A DNA stretch of 64,000 nt, taken from the NCBI GenBank assembly GCA_965249575.1, contig OZ252244.1:928001-992000 (forward strand), read 5' to 3'. This document shows positions 62,970 through 64,000 of this stretch, piece after piece. The notes under the pieces were generated by a model. That model had not been told where the DNA came from and ran no database searches. It saw nothing but the letters and a program-made list of their open reading frames with translations. This DNA is from Gemmatimonadales bacterium (GTDB lineage: Bacteria; Gemmatimonadota; Gemmatimonadetes; Gemmatimonadales; GWC2-71-9). The translations under genes were made by a program, and so were the position numbers. Numbering within the stretch: the first letter of the stretch is position 1; each line of letters opens with the position of its first letter.

Positions 62970-64000
62970 ATGCGAATCGCGATACTCACCGGTATTCTCG
63001 CGTTTACACTACCCCTCGACGCGCAGCAACAGGCCAGGACCCTCAAGGAGCCCCACACTGGCGGCAGCCCGAACATTCACGTGGCTGCCCATGTTCCACT
63101 CGGCGCGGGTGAGACGGTGTCCGACATCGAGATGGAGCAGGAGTTGAGCCGACCATACGTCTATCTGGGTCGGTTCGCCTTCGGGCGCTCCGGCACGCCG
63201 GCTGTGGGGGTCGACGTGGTCGACATTGGGAACCCGGATGCGGCGAAAGTCATCTATCGCTGGCGAATCGAGAATCAAGAGCTGCATCTCGGTGGCGGAC
63301 TCGACAACAAATACTTCAAGCTCCGCGGCCGGTACTACGACGTACAGTCGACGCAGTTCCGACCCGGCGGTCCAGACGGAGAAGTCGGTGCGGTCGTACT
63401 CGACGTTACGGGACTGCCCGACACCAGCGCGGTCCGCGAGGTGAGCCGGATTCACGCTCCCGACACACCGGGCGGCTTTCACAACATCTTCGCCTATAAG
63501 CATTCGGACGGACGAGTGCTGCTCTTCGCAACCACGAACGGGCCCCACGCGAACGTGTACGATATGGAGCGGCTTCTCGCGGGACAGGCCGATCAGGCTT
63601 TGGTTGGCCGCGTGCCGGTTCCCGAGGTCCCCGGTGCCCGCATGCGCGCCTATCACGACTTCTACGTCGGGTACGACCCGGCCACGCGCCAAGACGAGTT
63701 CTACGGCGCCGGCCTATCGGGTTACTTCCTGTTTGACGTTTCCGATCCGGCTGGCCCGGAGCTCATCACGTCGATTACCGGAACAGCGGGGATGTCCATC
63801 GCGCACACCATGACGCCTACGCCGGATGGCCGGTACGTCGTAACGGAAATGGAATACCAGTACACGCCGCTCCGCATTTTTGATCTCAAGCCGGGTCTCG
63901 ACCGCGACGTGGAGACCATCTCGCGCCCCGTCGGAGCCTGGCTCGCCTCGTGGGATGGCAACCCACACAATCACGAGGTGCGCTGGCCGTACGTGTTCGT
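62970..64000 (+). CDS. Secreted LVIVD-like beta-propeller protein, paralogue 4 (3' partial)
   Basis: AGGAG RBS; MRIAILTGILAFTLPLDAQ...DIEMEQELSRPYVY...; reads NHEVRWPYVF at the window end. Confidence 0.8.
   Translation, partial: MRIAILTGILAFTLPLDAQQQARTLKEPHTGGSPNIHVAAHVPLGAGETVSDIEMEQELSRPYVYLGRFAFGRSGTPAVGVDVVDIGNPDAAKVIYRWRIENQELHLGGGLDNKYFKLRGRYYDVQSTQFRPGGPDGEVGAVVLDVTGLPDTSAVREVSRIHAPDTPGGFHNIFAYKHSDGRVLLFATTNGPHANVYDMERLLAGQADQALVGRVPVPEVPGARMRAYHDFYVGYDPATRQDEFYGAGLSGYFLFDVSDPAGPELITSITGTAGMSIAHTMTPTPDGRYVVTEMEYQYTPLRIFDLKPGLDRDVETISRPVGAWLASWDGNPHNHEVRWPYVF

Overview
GC-rich bacterial DNA, probably Gemmatimonadota (inferred from the typical 'ADRYxIERExGxGGMATVYLA' Ser/Thr kinase and lineage-type small secreted proteins). 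1-29 kb is accessory-looking: CocE/NonD hydrolase, CMAH-like metallo-beta-lactamase, a CzcCBA/CusCBA-type metal efflux operon behind a His-rich RAPP leader ORF, tandem secreted beta-propeller paralogues, an ArsR-SRPBCC pair with a perfect palindromic operator, kinase-TolB, pirin, and a lipid-modification operon (GT21-like, sulfotransferase-like, DoxX, PlsC-SDR fusion). The strongest signal is 29.4-43.9 kb, downstream of tRNA-His/tRNA-Trp: five displaced copies of the tRNA-Trp 3' end, four with arm-type repeats, three with IHF-like motifs and three with 10-bp-phased GTCCC repeats. They delimit 2-5 kb modules that carry cargo and gene scraps but no intact integrase, which looks like an integrase-free, tRNA-anchored cassette array. 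44-64 kb is mostly ordinary chromosome and ends in a second tandem pair of the same beta-propeller family. Several genes are frameshifted (decay or sequencing indels). All calls are by eye, without database searches.
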